DNA from: Mobula hypostoma
Taxonomy: Eukaryota
Assembly (NCBI RefSeq): GCF_963921235.1
Contig: NC_086106.1
Location: 107,694,001 to 107,758,000, forward strand
Reading direction: 5' to 3'
DNA: 64,000 bases
Under the pieces are notes generated by a model. It did not search any database. It had not been told where the DNA came from and was given only the letters and a program-made list of their open reading frames with translations. Positions 50,554-62,710 of the stretch are shown piece after piece. Position 1 is the stretch's first letter. Every line of letters begins with the position of its first letter. The translations under genes and the position numbers were made by a program.

Positions 50554-53103
50554 TTTGAGGTGAGGACGGACAACAATCCCTTAACTTGTATACTGACCTT
50601 GGCAAAATTGGATGCCACAGGTGACTGGTGGTTGGCGGCGTTGTCTGCCTATGATTTCAGCCTGAAGTACCGCCGGGAAGCAGGAACATAGATACTGATG
50701 CTTTGTCTCAATGTGCGCACGAAGGGCTGGTCAGGGACGAAGAGTGGGAGAGCGTTCCTGCCTCGGGGGTGAAAGCCATGAGCCAGTTTGCCATCACGGT
50801 GAAGGCAGAGGGGAGGCAAGGGCAGGATCAAGCGGTAGATCAATTGGGAGCTTCTGATGACGCCATTCCACAAGCTTACTGTAACCTGACTGCTCTGAAA
50901 ACAAACCAGTTGCTGGAATTGAGCCCTGGGGAAGTGGCAGCTGCTCAGCGAGATGACCCGGGCATCGGTTCCATTTGGTCAGCGGTTGAAAAGGGAGACA
51001 CGGCCCAAGTGGAGAAGATGAAACACGCTGCGGTACCTCCATTACTGAAAGAATGGCCCAGATTGGAGTTGAGGAAACAGATCCTATACCGGGTCACATC
51101 GCCTCCGGACCGACCTCGGCGTCCCCGGCTGGTTCTGCCTGAGAACTATCGGAGGACGGTGTTGAAGTCACCTCATGATGATTCTGGACATTTGGGGGGT
51201 TAAAAAGACCGATGGAATGCTCAGAAATGAGTTTCACTGGCCCTGAATGAAGCCGGAGTGGAAGAATACCGCAAGTCGTGCATTGGATGCATACGGTGGA
51301 GGATGCTGCCAAATCGGGCAGCTCCCTTGTCTCACTTGCAGAGTGCGGGGCCACTGGACCTGGTGTGTAAGGATTTCCTGTCAATAGAACCCGATGCCAG
51401 CAACACGGCAAATGTCCTAGTCATCACGGATCACTACACCAGATATGCGCAGGCTTTCCCTACCAAGGACCAGAGGGTGTCCACGGTGGCCGAAGTGTTA
51501 TGGGAGAAGTATTTCATTTACTATGGCCTTCCCAGGTGGATACATAGTGACCAGGGACAGGATTTCGAGAGTAGGCTCATCCATGAGTAACTGAGCATGC
51601 TCGGAGTCAAGAAGTTGAGGACTACTTCTTATCACCCACAGGGTAATCCCCAGCTCAAGAGGTTTGACCGGACCCTGGTAGACATGCTCAGAACCTTGGA
51701 GATCAGCAAAAAGAGCAAGTGGAGTCAACATATTAGACATCTGGTCCACAGCTACAACTGTACACGAAATGAAGCTACCGGGTACTTGCCATATTTTCTG
51801 TTGTTTGGGTGCAAGGCAAGGTTTCCCATTGACTTTTGTCTTGGGACTGACGAGGAAGACCTAACATTGAAGACTTATCTGAAGTATGTGTCTGATATGA
51901 GAAGGAAGGATACTTGGTAGTGTGGAGGAGCAGAGGGATCTCGGGGTACATATCCACAGATCCCTGAAAGTTGCCTCACAGGTGGATAGAGTAGTTAAGA
52001 AAACTTATGGGGTGTTAGCTTTCATAAGTCGAGGGATAGAGTTTAAGAGTCGCGATGTAATGATGCAGCTCTATAAAACTCTGGTTAGGCCACACTTGGA
52101 GTACTGTGCCCAGTTCTGGTCACCTCACTATAGGAAGGATGTGGAAGCATTGGAAAGGGTACAGAGGAGTTTTATCAGGATGCTGCCTGGTTTAGAGAGT
52201 ATGCATTATGATCAGAGATTAAGGGAGGTAGGGCTTTACTCTTTGGAGAGAAGGAGGATGAGAGGAGACATGATAGAGGTGTACAAGATAATAAGAGGAA
52301 TAGATAGAGTGGATAGCCAGCACCTCTTCCCCAGGGCACCACTGCTCAATACAAGAGGACATGGCTTTAAAGTAATGGGTGAGAAGTTCAAGGGGGATAT
52401 TAGAGGAAGGTTTTTTACTCAGAGAGTGGTTGGTGCGTGGAATGCACTGCCTGAGTCAGTGGTGGAGGCAGATACACTAGTGAAGTTTAAGAGACTACTA
52501 GACAGGTATATGGAGGAATCTAAGGTGGGGGCTTATATGGGAGGCAGGGTCTGAGGTTCGGCACAACATTGTGGGCCGAAGGGCCTGTACTGTGCTGTAC
52601 TATTCTATGTTCTATGTTTGAAGCTGAAAAAGGCTTATGAATTAGCTGAGATCGCGGCTGCCAAGCAGAATCAAGGAAATAAGAGGAGGTACGATCAAAA
52701 GGTGAGGTTCTCCCAACTCCTGCCGGGAGACCGAGTCCTCATAAGGAATTTGGGGCTACCTGGGAAACATAAGTTGACTGACCACTGGGCGGCTACGCCC
52801 TATGTGTGAAAAGTCAGATGTCAAATGTACCAGTTTTCCGGGTGAAACCAGAGGATGGGAATGGGCCTGTCAAGATTCTCCATCGGAACTACCTTCTGCC
52901 TCTGGGACAAGAGGTGCAAGTTGACCCAGAGCCTGACCTGGAGCTTACACCTAGTAAAAGGACTCTGCAGCGATGCGGGCAACTGAAGGACGAACAGCAG
53001 GAGAGGCTAGACTGGCCCCCACCCCTGAGTGGGTTACTGACTTGGAGGATGAGGAAATGGAGGTATGGTATGTGCTGCCTTTTGCTAACTCCCCATTGAT
53101 TGA
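50554..53103 (+). pseudogene. Gypsy pol remnant: RNase H C-terminus and integrase, interrupted by CR1
   Basis: FEVRTDNNPL..AKLDATG..YDFSLKYR, HDDSGHLG..CIGC, LVCKDF, ITDHYTRYAQAFPT, HSDQG, TTSYHPQGNPQ and PGDRVLIRN. Confidence 0.9.
51905..52617 (+). mobile_element. CR1 3' fragment nested in the Gypsy integrase
   Basis: ORF 51922-52554 EQRDLGV..RPHLEYC.QFWSP..RGDMIEVYK with a (TTCTATG) tail. The integrase resumes as LKKAYELAE. Confidence 0.9.
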
Positions 53104-53104
53104 T

Positions 53105-53222
53105 TCTCGGCCCGAATCATCAACTGTTTATTCATTTCCATAGATGCTACCTGACCTGCTGAGTTCCTCCAGCATTTTGTGTGTGTTGCTTTGGAGTTCC
53201 AGCATCTGCAGACTTTCTCATG
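53105..53222 (+). mobile_element. PLE pLTR terminal fragment at the left inversion breakpoint
   Basis: Starts mid-hammerhead (tctcggcccgaa) and continues to cctgctgagttcctccagcattttgtg. Confidence 0.8.
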
Positions 53223-54149
53223 TTTATGTAATTGTAACTTGTTTATGCTAACCAATTGAAATTAAAACAGAATACAGATGATTTTGACCTGAGTTGTCCA
53301 GTGGGCAGGCGTGTGGTGAAAATAGGACACCCATTCATTCTTGTTGCAGTGGACCTAGTCACCTGGGGATCTGGGCCACTTTTGCATGTCCCACGTGGGC
53401 GAAGTCCACTGCAACTGTCTAGTTGAAGAAACGAATGAAGAACTTCTAGTTTTGAATATTAGATTTGCATCAGCTGGAGGTACAGGGCAACATTAATGAG
53501 GGAGTTACAAATCATAAATTGGGGTCTCGAAAGCCAGAGTAAAAAGTAGAGACAAGATACTCCAGATGTGGAGGAAACAGCGTGATGGAAGAACTCAGCT
53601 GTTTGAGCAGCATCTGTTGAGAGAAAGAAACCATCGACATTTCAGGTGGAAACCCTGCATCGGGACAGAGTGGAGCAGCAGCGAAGCACGGTAGGAATGT
53701 GGTCGAAGAGCCAGAGGAACCACAGAAACGGAGTGGTCAAGAATTCCCAGTGGAGAAAGGATGAAAACCTCTTCAAAATTGGCACATCATGGAGACTTCA
53801 GAGTGGAGTAGTAAAGTGGAGACACAGGAGACTGCTGGATTCTGGCGCAACAGACATTTTTTTGTTGATCCTGTAAGCACACATCTTCTCCCTGCCCCAG
53901 CAAACAAAACGTTCAGTGTATTTTGTACTGCTTTATGAGCAGCAACCAAACAGAAAATGCAGCGGCTGCTGGAAATCTGAAATGAAGAAAAAATGCTGTA
54001 AATAATCTCCAAAAAGATATCCTGCCAAAGGGTCCCCGAAAATTGACTGTACTTTTTTCCCCCATAGATGCTGCCTGGCCTGCTGAATTCCTCCAGAATT
54101 TTGTTTGTTGCTCCATTAAGATAGTATTCATGGACGAAGAACCTCGAAG

Positions 54150-54400
54150 AGGTTGTAGAGTCTCAATGATCCAGAGATCTATGTTGGCAGGAGTCAGGGC
54201 CTTGTGCTTTGATTCTTGGTAGGGTCACTCATGCCAAGCAGGTCAAAGGGTAAAGGCCAAACTAAGAGTTGTCCACCGGTCCTCCAGGTTCAGGGGTTCA
54301 GCTCAGGACTAACAACCCTGATTGGTCAAACAAAATTGCAGTGAAGATGCAGAACATTCACTGCTGCCCCAAGTGCCAGTCGTGTAACAGGCTGTAAATT
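54150..54400 (+). mobile_element. Probable RTE 5' UTR-derived repeat
   Basis: ggtcctccaggtt..ggggtt..ctaacaaccc is a motif common in RTE 5' UTRs. Confidence 0.45.
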
Positions 54401-55961
54401 AATAAGAAATGGACAAAGAAGCAAAATTAATGTTTCAGGTCAAAGCACTTTCAATAAGAATTAGGAAAAATTATGCACAGAACAAGTTCATAGAGACAGG
54501 GAAAGGAAATGGGGATCAAGATGAAAGATGAAAGGTCAGGAAAAGGGTGGAAGGTAAAAGAGATTAAATAAAAAGAGATGCAGGATTGGGTGTAAGAAAT
54601 GATAAAGGCATCAGTGAAAAATAAACAAGAGAAAATTTCTTTACTATTTTCCATAGATGCTGTTGGCCTGCTGATTCCTCCAACATTTTGCGATTGAAAA
54701 ATAAAGTTGGGTTATAGGAGATGTAAATGACTCTTTAAGGCTTATTAGTTAAATTAACTAGTGTTAAGAACAAATGGGCAAAATGTTAATGGCAAAGTTA
54801 TTTATGGCCGTCAGTTGCGCTATACATTGCTTTGGAAAAGAAAGTGTATGAACGGACATTGCATAATGTTTCTAGATGATGTAGTTATCATTGTTGAGTG
54901 ACTGGCAAGCTGTTAGTGAGAAACAGCACCCTGAAATACTGCCTATGCATTTCTTTCAACAGATGCTGTCTGACCCATTGAGATCCCTCAGCAGATTATG
55001 TTTTGCTCCAGATTGCAGTATCTACAGTCTTCATTGTTTCCCTAACTGTGTTACATACTTCATAACCCAATGTCTCTCATCCTTTCCATCCTCCTCACCA
55101 CAACTTCTTGTACAAGCACCTGAAAATCTTGGAGCCCATTCTCTCACTCATATTGTGTCATATTTCATTAGTCAAGTTCACTTCTATGCAACTTCTCTAA
55201 TTCTAAGGCTGGTTATGAGCAGTGGAGGCTTACTAGAATGGAGTGCAAAAGGTTGATCCATTTCTATTTTGGCCGGGGAGTCAACAGAATACTTAGAACT
55301 GGTTAGTTGTTCAAATCATTGCCATCAGATTCCTGAATGGACATTCAACCTATGAACACTATCTCACTATTTGGTTTTTCTTTTTTGGCACTATAATTTA
55401 ATTTAACTTTTTTAATATATATACTTACTACAATTTACAGTTATTATTATATATTGCAATGTACTGCTACTACATAACAATAAATATCATGACATATGCC
55501 AGTGATATTAAACCCAATTCTGATTCATTGAAGAGCATGTATTGACATGGTGTCTTCATTCCAGTCAATGGTTCTTGATTAGTTGCACTCAAGCACATTT
55601 TTGAAGTTAGCCTATTATTGGCGTGAATTTTCTCAACAAATGCACTGAAAGTCCTATTGCTGCATGTAATCAGAGCTTTGGCTACAGATGGCAATGATAA
55701 AATACAGATTCACCTTCAAGGCAGAATCGATTTTATGATTCCCAAGGAACCTGTCATAAAAACATTTGTAGTTAAGCCTGAGTATGGGGTTCAGGACAGG
55801 ACTGTCAAGGGAATTCTTTGCCTAATACTTCAAACTATAATTCACTTATCCACATGTGGTTTACAGATGTTTTGCTTGGAAGGAAGAAAGAATGATTTTG
55901 GATCAATGGTCATCATTCTCCTGGGTTTCCTATAGTACTTCCAAAATAATTCTGTGCAGAG

Positions 55962-56345
55962 ATATGGGAAGATTCCATCAGTGTGGAAGAACAGAAGGAT
56001 CTTGGGGTCCATGTCCACAGATCCCTCAAAGTTGCCATGCAAGTTGATAGGAAGGTCTGGAAGGCAATGGTGTGTTAGCCTTTATTAACGGGGGGGGCGG
56101 AGGGATTGGGTTTAAGAGTCATGAGCTAATGTTATAGTTCTATAAAACTCTGGCTAACCACACGGGGTATTATATTCGTTTCAAGTTGCCTCATTATAAG
56201 AAGGGTATAGAAGCTTTAGAGGGTATGCAGAGGAGTCTTGCCAGGATGATGCCTGGACTAGAGAGGGTGTCTTATAAGACTAGGCTGAGTGAGCTCGAGC
56301 TGATCTCTTTGGAGTGACGGAGGATGAGGGATGACTTGATAGAGG
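55962..56345 (+). mobile_element. CR1 5' half, continuous with 48900-49261 after re-inversion
   Basis: Ends ..gacttgatagagg (DLIE). The reverse of 49257 onward continues tatgcaagatgg..catagat. Confidence 0.85.
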
Positions 56346-56903
56346 TGTAATCCTCAGGTTTGGCCAGCAGCATGAGTCTAGGGACAGTCTCTGGCCCCGC
56401 CAAACGTGTGAAATCTGAGGTGCAATACCTTTTGTTTGTGTGGATGCTGTGTGATCTGTTCCCCTTTACAAATCAAGTACCACAAAATAACAAACAGTAC
56501 ACCATATGTAATTAAACAATTTAGCTTTATAATTCTTAATTTGACTAAAGGGTTAGTAAAGTAAAACAAAAAGAAAAGGGCCCATTTTAATGAAACAGTC
56601 TAATGGGCACTAGTTGGAGCTCACGGTTTCCCTTCCACTGATCCTCCGTAGATTTCCCCCGGGATTCGTCGACTCCTGGCCCCACTCCAAATCCACTCCA
56701 TTCTGCAGTCTACGACCTCTCCTTACTCAAGTCTTCTCTCTTCAAAAGACCCAGATCACCTTGTTTTCAGACACACAACAAGAAAAAACACTCCCCTCAT
56801 TGGACGGTACACATTCCAAGGCCCCGTTATCTCGAACCATAACCCAAACACTACTGCCACAGAAAACCATCACATTAGCTGTGAAACCTTACAGCATATT
56901 GCA
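56346..56903 (-). mobile_element. Gypsy 3' LTR (inverted relative to the 5' LTR)
   Basis: The reverse complement aligns end to end with 49262-49839. It is preceded on the minus strand by a purine-rich PPT (56904-56922). Confidence 0.92.
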
Positions 56904-57310
56904 CTCTCCACCTCCACACCAAATTTAGTCATATCCTCATGACTTTGAGATAATTTGCCAACCCTTCATGCAAAGCAGAAAGTCCAACCCAGGTGTAAAA
57001 GGCAGTGACAGAGCTCCCCAAAGCAGTAGGTACCACATTCTGTTCCACTGGTGCTACATAGGCCAGCCTATCCGGTGGTCTCCTGATTCCTTGAGACTTC
57101 CATACCCCTCATCTGCTTCTTCAGGTTCCGACACTACTGGGGATACTTCTGGTCTACCTGGCGAGGCCCTCCCTGGTTTATCAATCGTGCCCTCCTGCAA
57201 CTCGAACCCCTCTTCATCCCTTGCAGGGTCCTGCTGAAACCCAGGCTGTCCGCAGATAGCTTCCCCCCACCCCCCATCCCACGCTTTCCCCTGACTCAGC
57301 ATGAGAAGGG
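56904..57310 (-). mobile_element. Gypsy pol C-terminus / 3' region with PPT
   Basis: Minus strand encodes SQGIRRPPDRLAYVAP, a typical Gypsy integrase tail, and leads into the PPT and LTR. Confidence 0.8.
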
Positions 57311-57629
57311 TTGGGGTTCAGGTCAGCCCTGCTGAGTTCCACCAGCATTTTGTATGTGTCATATTAAATTTCATGTTATAATAAGTGTTACTGGCAGCAT
57401 CAAATGTCAATTTTGCATACAGTTTTCCCCACCATCTTTCCTGTTGGTTGAATTTAAAACATTTTACCTTTGAATAGATTGAAAGAAACAGTGATCTGAT
57501 TGAATATACAAAGAAGTTTCATTGTTCTTCGCCTGTGGGCAAATTGGATTGGTTTCCATGAGAAGCAGTCAACTGGGCTACTGTCAATGGTGATCCCAAG
57601 TAGATCTATAAACAGAACCAAATTAGTAG

Positions 57630-57960
57630 CATTCTTCCTCTTCCTTGTTTCTATCTCACATTCCTTCTATGACTCACACTTCCTATACCACTCATCCACA
57701 CTCCACATGTACTTTTCCACATTCCTTTTCAGATTCCACCCTTCTCTTACATTTTTTCCATTTCTGTTGTCTTATCCTCTCTTCACTCCATCCAGTTACT
57801 TCTCTGCTTTACTCTTTTCCATTCCCTCTTGCTATTCCTCTTTCTCTATCCCTCATTCTCTTTCTTCACATTTCTCTCTCATTACTTCACTTGCCATTCC
57901 TTCATCTAGTCCCATTTTTTTCATCTCCTTTCTTCCTTACTTTTTCTCATTCCATCACTC
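57630..57960. repeat. Pyrimidine-rich low-complexity tract
   Basis: About 330 bp of mostly C/T with very few G on the plus strand. Confidence 0.7.
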
Positions 57961-58729
57961 TTGCATTGGAATAGACAGCTGTACATTTTGCTAACATGAG
58001 CACTGATTCCATTTAAATAACACAATTCCACACTTTCTGATGTAAAAGTCCATAATTTATTTTTACTGTGTTACATTTAGAATTAATAGAAGCCTTTGTA
58101 ATTAGTGTATATCACGGGATTGCCTGGTGGTATCTTGCAGCAATCCTCTATCATTATTGTATTAATTTCTAATTATTGAAAAAGATTATGGGGGAAAGGT
58201 TACTGGAGGTTTGTTCAGCAGATAAGCACAGATGCCTATGCTGTCCTCAAAATCACAGGCAGTGACACTCACCCTCAGAAATCTTGTCTCAGGATGCCTC
58301 TGCTGAGTTAAACCACACTTGATACTTTGCAACATATCGATGCAGTGGAGATGTCCATCTTACTGGCTTAGATTTATAAAAGTTACTTTTGCATTCAGAA
58401 GTGGAAGGGGAAGTTGCAGCCTTGCAGGGCTCTCAAAACTGAAAGGGTTCATAGACAATATTTTTTCCTTTTAGACAGCCACTTAACATCCACTTTTGTG
58501 GCCATTGCACAAGGAGATTTCCTCCTGGCCCACTGATCTTCAGAAGCAAATATCAGATTGTTCTGCCACCCCCTCAGACCATTATAGATTGAACCTCTTT
58601 CTTGCCAATACACCCCAGTGTCAGAAAGAATGCTACGTATATTATGGTATGACCCTTCACAAGTAATTCATTGAGTTGGGAGCCACGGGGGAAGCCGACG
58701 CAATCTCACAGGCTCTCACAAAGTTCTAG

Positions 58730-59032
58730 AACATAGAACATATGACATTACAACACAGTACATACCCTACAACCTATATTGTTGTGCTGACCTTTTAACC
58801 TACTCTAAGATCAATCTAACCCTTCCCTCCCACATAGCCTTCCATTTTTTTGCATCCATGAGCCTATCTAAGAGTCTCTTAAACGTCCCTAATGTAACTA
58901 CTGTTACCCGGCAACATGTTCCACACACCTGACACCCTCTGTGTAAAAAAAAACTTAACTCTGACATCACCCCCATACTTTCAAATCACCTTAAAATTGT
59001 GGCCCCTCATACTAGCCATTTCCATCCTGGGA
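58730..59032 (-). mobile_element. CR1 3' fragment
   Basis: aacatagaacat tail and reverse CR1 ORF2 end. Confidence 0.7.
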
Positions 59033-60980
59033 CAAAAGCCACAATCAGTGTTTTACAGACAGCTCTTCCACTCAGCCACAGGATTTCAGAATGTTTCATG
59101 AACCCACGAACACTACTTCGATATTCCTCCTTTGCAGGATTTATTTATTGTTACTTGCAGTAATTTTTATATCTTGCCCTGTATTGCTTCCACAAAGCAA
59201 CACATTTCTTGACGTATCAGTGATTGATAATAAATTTGGTCTGATTCTGCTACCAATGTGGAAAATTCAATCCCTAATACCTGAAACATAGTGGTTACAC
59301 AAGGGTGAACATTAATACTGTTTAAAACTGGGTGCAATTGAATTCCCCAAATTTGTAGCATTGTTTTGAGGCTAGAAAAAGTTGCAGACGAATTTTAAGG
59401 ATATTGGCACTTAGAGTTTCAACTTCAATTTTACATAGTGAGAATGTTATTTGAGATTCCAATGGGTGCTAACAGCTGGGCACCATTAAATATTTGATTG
59501 AATAAAGTAGAAAACATTTTAAATTCAAATAGTTAAAACCACAGCTATGTATTGTTAATAAAACAAAGAAAATGGCAATGGAGCAGCCAAAAAAATTGTT
59601 ACTTCAATGGTTGACTTTAAACTGTTGCCAGGACTTGATATATAACAATGAGTGAAATGGAAGCCAATTCATAGTGATGGTCAGTTTTTGTATTTGAATT
59701 TCAGAAGTATAAAATCTCATAATGCAGCACATCAAAGACCTGAATATACTCAAGCTTGATAATTTCTTTCTCAGATGTGGTAATGCAGAATGGTGGACGC
59801 ATTCCTGACATACTTCTTCTTGTCCAAATTAACTCTTCTCTATGATGGTATTTAATCATTGAAGAATAGAGTTGTGCATATAATTTTAGTAGCATTAGCA
59901 GCTAACATTGAGTTAATATTTGCAAATAGAATAGTAAATATTTTGGCAGTTACCTTTCTTAAGTTTTCTCCCTTAATTTCTTTAGAGTTGCAATACACTC
60001 ATCATAAATTGATCTATTGATTCAAAACCAATACTTTAATTGCCCTTGCGACATTATATTCTGGACTACCCCAAATTAAATATCTTCTTCAGTTTTGAAA
60101 CTGATCATGAACAGAGTTTAATTTAATTATTCATTTTTATGTAAATAACATATCAATAAAACTACATGCAAAATCTTCAAAGATTCAAAGTACATGTATT
60201 CTCAAAGTATGTATGCAGCATCCAACCCTGAGATTTGTTATCCCACAGACAGCCAAAAAACATGGAGCCCAAAGAAAAACATCTAACTCTTTGAATTGCC
60301 TATTTGACTTGACAATCTGTACTTGCTTCCTTACAAAACGAAGGAAGCAATTTTAATCAAAATTACTTGCCATTTTACAATAAATGAAAAGCAAATACAG
60401 CACATTCTGGAAATCTGTGCTATGTTCTAAAATCAGAAATGCAGGAGATCCTCAGCATTGGTGGAGAGAGAAATAGGGTTAACATCTAAAGTCAGAGGCC
60501 CTTCATCAGAATAGAGGTAATAAGAAAATAAATATATTATAGATTGCATTTACGCTCTACTTACACTCCTCTGGACAAAGCAACCACAATTAACTAAATG
60601 ACAGTAAAAGCAACTGTTGTCCATTTTTCCTTTTGTTCTCTCTGCTCCTCCCCTTCTCTGCAATTTCAAACAAGCCTGCTTTCACTTTTTTTTCTGGTTC
60701 TGATTAACGGTCGTTGACCTGAAATATTAACTCTGGTCCTCTCTCCTGAGATACTGCCTGATGTGCCCATTGTCTCCACCATTTTATGTTTTTGTACCCG
60801 ATTCACAGCATGCTCCATTTTATTTCTCATTTAAAGTTTAGAGTCATAGAGCCATAGAAAACTACAGCACAGGAACAGGCCCTTTGCCCCATTTAGTCTG
60901 TATCGAACCATTTAAGCTGTCTAGACCCATCAACTTGCACCCAAACCATAGACCTCCATACCCTTCCCACTCATGTACTC

Positions 60981-62195
60981 GTGAGTCAACATGGCTTTGT
61001 GCGTGGTAGGTCATGTTTGACCAATCTATTGGAGTTTTTCGAGGAGGTTACCGGGAAAGTGGTTGAAGGGAAGGCAGTGGATATTGTCTACATGGACTTC
61101 AGTAAGGCCTTTGACAAGGTCCCGCATGGGAGGTTAGTTAGGAAAATTCAGTCGCTAGGTATACATGGAGAGGTGGTAAATTGGATTAGACATTGGCTCG
61201 ATGGAAGAAGCCAGAGAGTGGTGGTAGAGAATTGCTTCTCTGAGTGGAAGCCTGTGACTAGTGGTGTGCCACAGGGATCAGTGCTGGGTCCATTGTTATT
61301 TGTCATCTATATCAATGATCTGGATGATAATGTGGTAAATTGGATCAGCAAGTTTGCTGATGATACAAAGATTGGAGGTGTAGTAGACAGTGAGGAAGGT
61401 TTTCAGAGCCTGCAGAGGGACTTGGACCAGCTAGAAAAATGGGCTAAAAAATGGCAGATGGAGTTTAATACAGACAAGTGTGAGGTATTGCACGTTGGAA
61501 GGACAAACCAACGTAGAACATACAGGGTTAATGGTAAGGCACTGAGGAGCGCAGTGGAACAGAGGGATCTGGGAATACAGACACAAAATTCCCTAAAAGT
61601 GGCGTCACAGGTAGATAGGGTCGTAAAGAGAGCTTTTGGTACATTGGCCTTTATTAATCAAAGTATTGAGTATAAGAGCTGGAATGTTATAATGAGGTTG
61701 TACAAGGCATTGATGAGGCCGAATCTGGAGTATTGTGTTCAGTTTTGGTCACCAAATTACAGGAAGGATATAAATAAGGTTGAAGGAGTGCAGAGAAGGT
61801 TTACAAGGATGTTGCCGGGACTTGAGAAACTCAGTTACAGAGAAAGGTTGAATAGGTTGGGACTTTATTCCCTGGAGCGTAGAAGAATGAGGGGAGATTT
61901 GATAGAGGTATATAAAATTATGATGGGTATCGATAGAGTGAATGCAAGCAGGCTTTTTCCACTGAGGCAAGGGGAGAAAAAAACCAGAGGACATGGGTTT
62001 AGGGTGAGGGGGGAAAATTTTAAAGGGAACATTAAAGGGGGCTTCTTCACACAGAGAGTGGTGGGAGTATGGAATGAGCTACCAGATGAGGTGGTAAATG
62101 TGGGTTCTTTTTTAACATTTAAGAATAAATTGGACAGATACATGGATGGGAGGTGTATGGAGGGATATGGTCTGTGTGCAGGTCAGTGGGACTAG
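60981..62195 (+). CDS. CR1 ORF2 reverse transcriptase, open 404-aa C-terminal part of a 5'-truncated element (60981-~62265)
   Basis: SQHGF..RSCLTNL, DFSKAFDKV, GVPQGSVLGP, FADD and RDLG. It has no native start, belongs to the same subfamily as 14202-17086, and interrupts an older minus-strand CR1 tail (~60845-60980 and ~62266-62375). Confidence 0.9.
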   Translation: MSQHGFVRGRSCLTNLLEFFEEVTGKVVEGKAVDIVYMDFSKAFDKVPHGRLVRKIQSLGIHGEVVNWIRHWLDGRSQRVVVENCFSEWKPVTSGVPQGSVLGPLLFVIYINDLDDNVVNWISKFADDTKIGGVVDSEEGFQSLQRDLDQLEKWAKKWQMEFNTDKCEVLHVGRTNQRRTYRVNGKALRSAVEQRDLGIQTQNSLKVASQVDRVVKRAFGTLAFINQSIEYKSWNVIMRLYKALMRPNLEYCVQFWSPNYRKDINKVEGVQRRFTRMLPGLEKLSYRERLNRLGLYSLERRRMRGDLIEVYKIMMGIDRVNASRLFPLRQGEKKTRGHGFRVRGENFKGNIKGGFFTQRVVGVWNELPDEVVNVGSFLTFKNKLDRYMDGRCMEGYGLCAGQWD

Positions 62196-62710
62196 GCAGA
62201 AAATGGTTCGGCACAGCCAAGAAGGACCAAAAGGCCTGTTTCTGTGCTGTAGTTTCTATGGTTTCTATCCAAATTTCTCAAAAACATCGAGATTGAAATC
62301 GTATCCACCATGTGTGCTGGCAGCTCACTTCACACACTCACCACCCTCAGTGAAGAAACAAACTTACCTTAGTTCTGGCATAGACAATTCACCAGCTGTT
62401 TTCTAGGAGATACACATGTAAAATGGCCCCCAATTCTTTAGACTTTGATTGACAAGGCTGCATGTAGGTTCATAATTCAGGTTAAACCCTGTTAAGTCAC
62501 AACTGGGACAGTGATAATACTGTTGGATAGCAGGTCTCCAGTCACAAAACACAAGGATCTGTTTGTTTTCTTAGCTGGCGTTTTTCTGCTATAGTTGTGG
62601 GAAGGTGGGAAGATGCACCTTTAAAAACCTTTCAAAGACTGAAGCCCTAAGTCTTTATGGTATTCTAAAAAGTCTACTTTACCAGGAGTTCAGCTGCATA
62701 TGTTCACATA

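Noticed and set aside
49937-50558. Domesticated PNMA host gene
   Set aside because: It lies between an LTR/PBS and pol, and has a stop, a frameshift and a truncation.
54270-54325. HDV-like ribozyme in the RTE-like 5' UTR motif
   Set aside because: Only a simple stem-loop is evident. P1, P1.1, P2 and P3 could not be assigned.
57500-57994. 164-aa and 109-aa hydrophobic ORFs resembling membrane proteins
   Set aside because: These are by-products of a C/T low-complexity tract that lacks stop codons.
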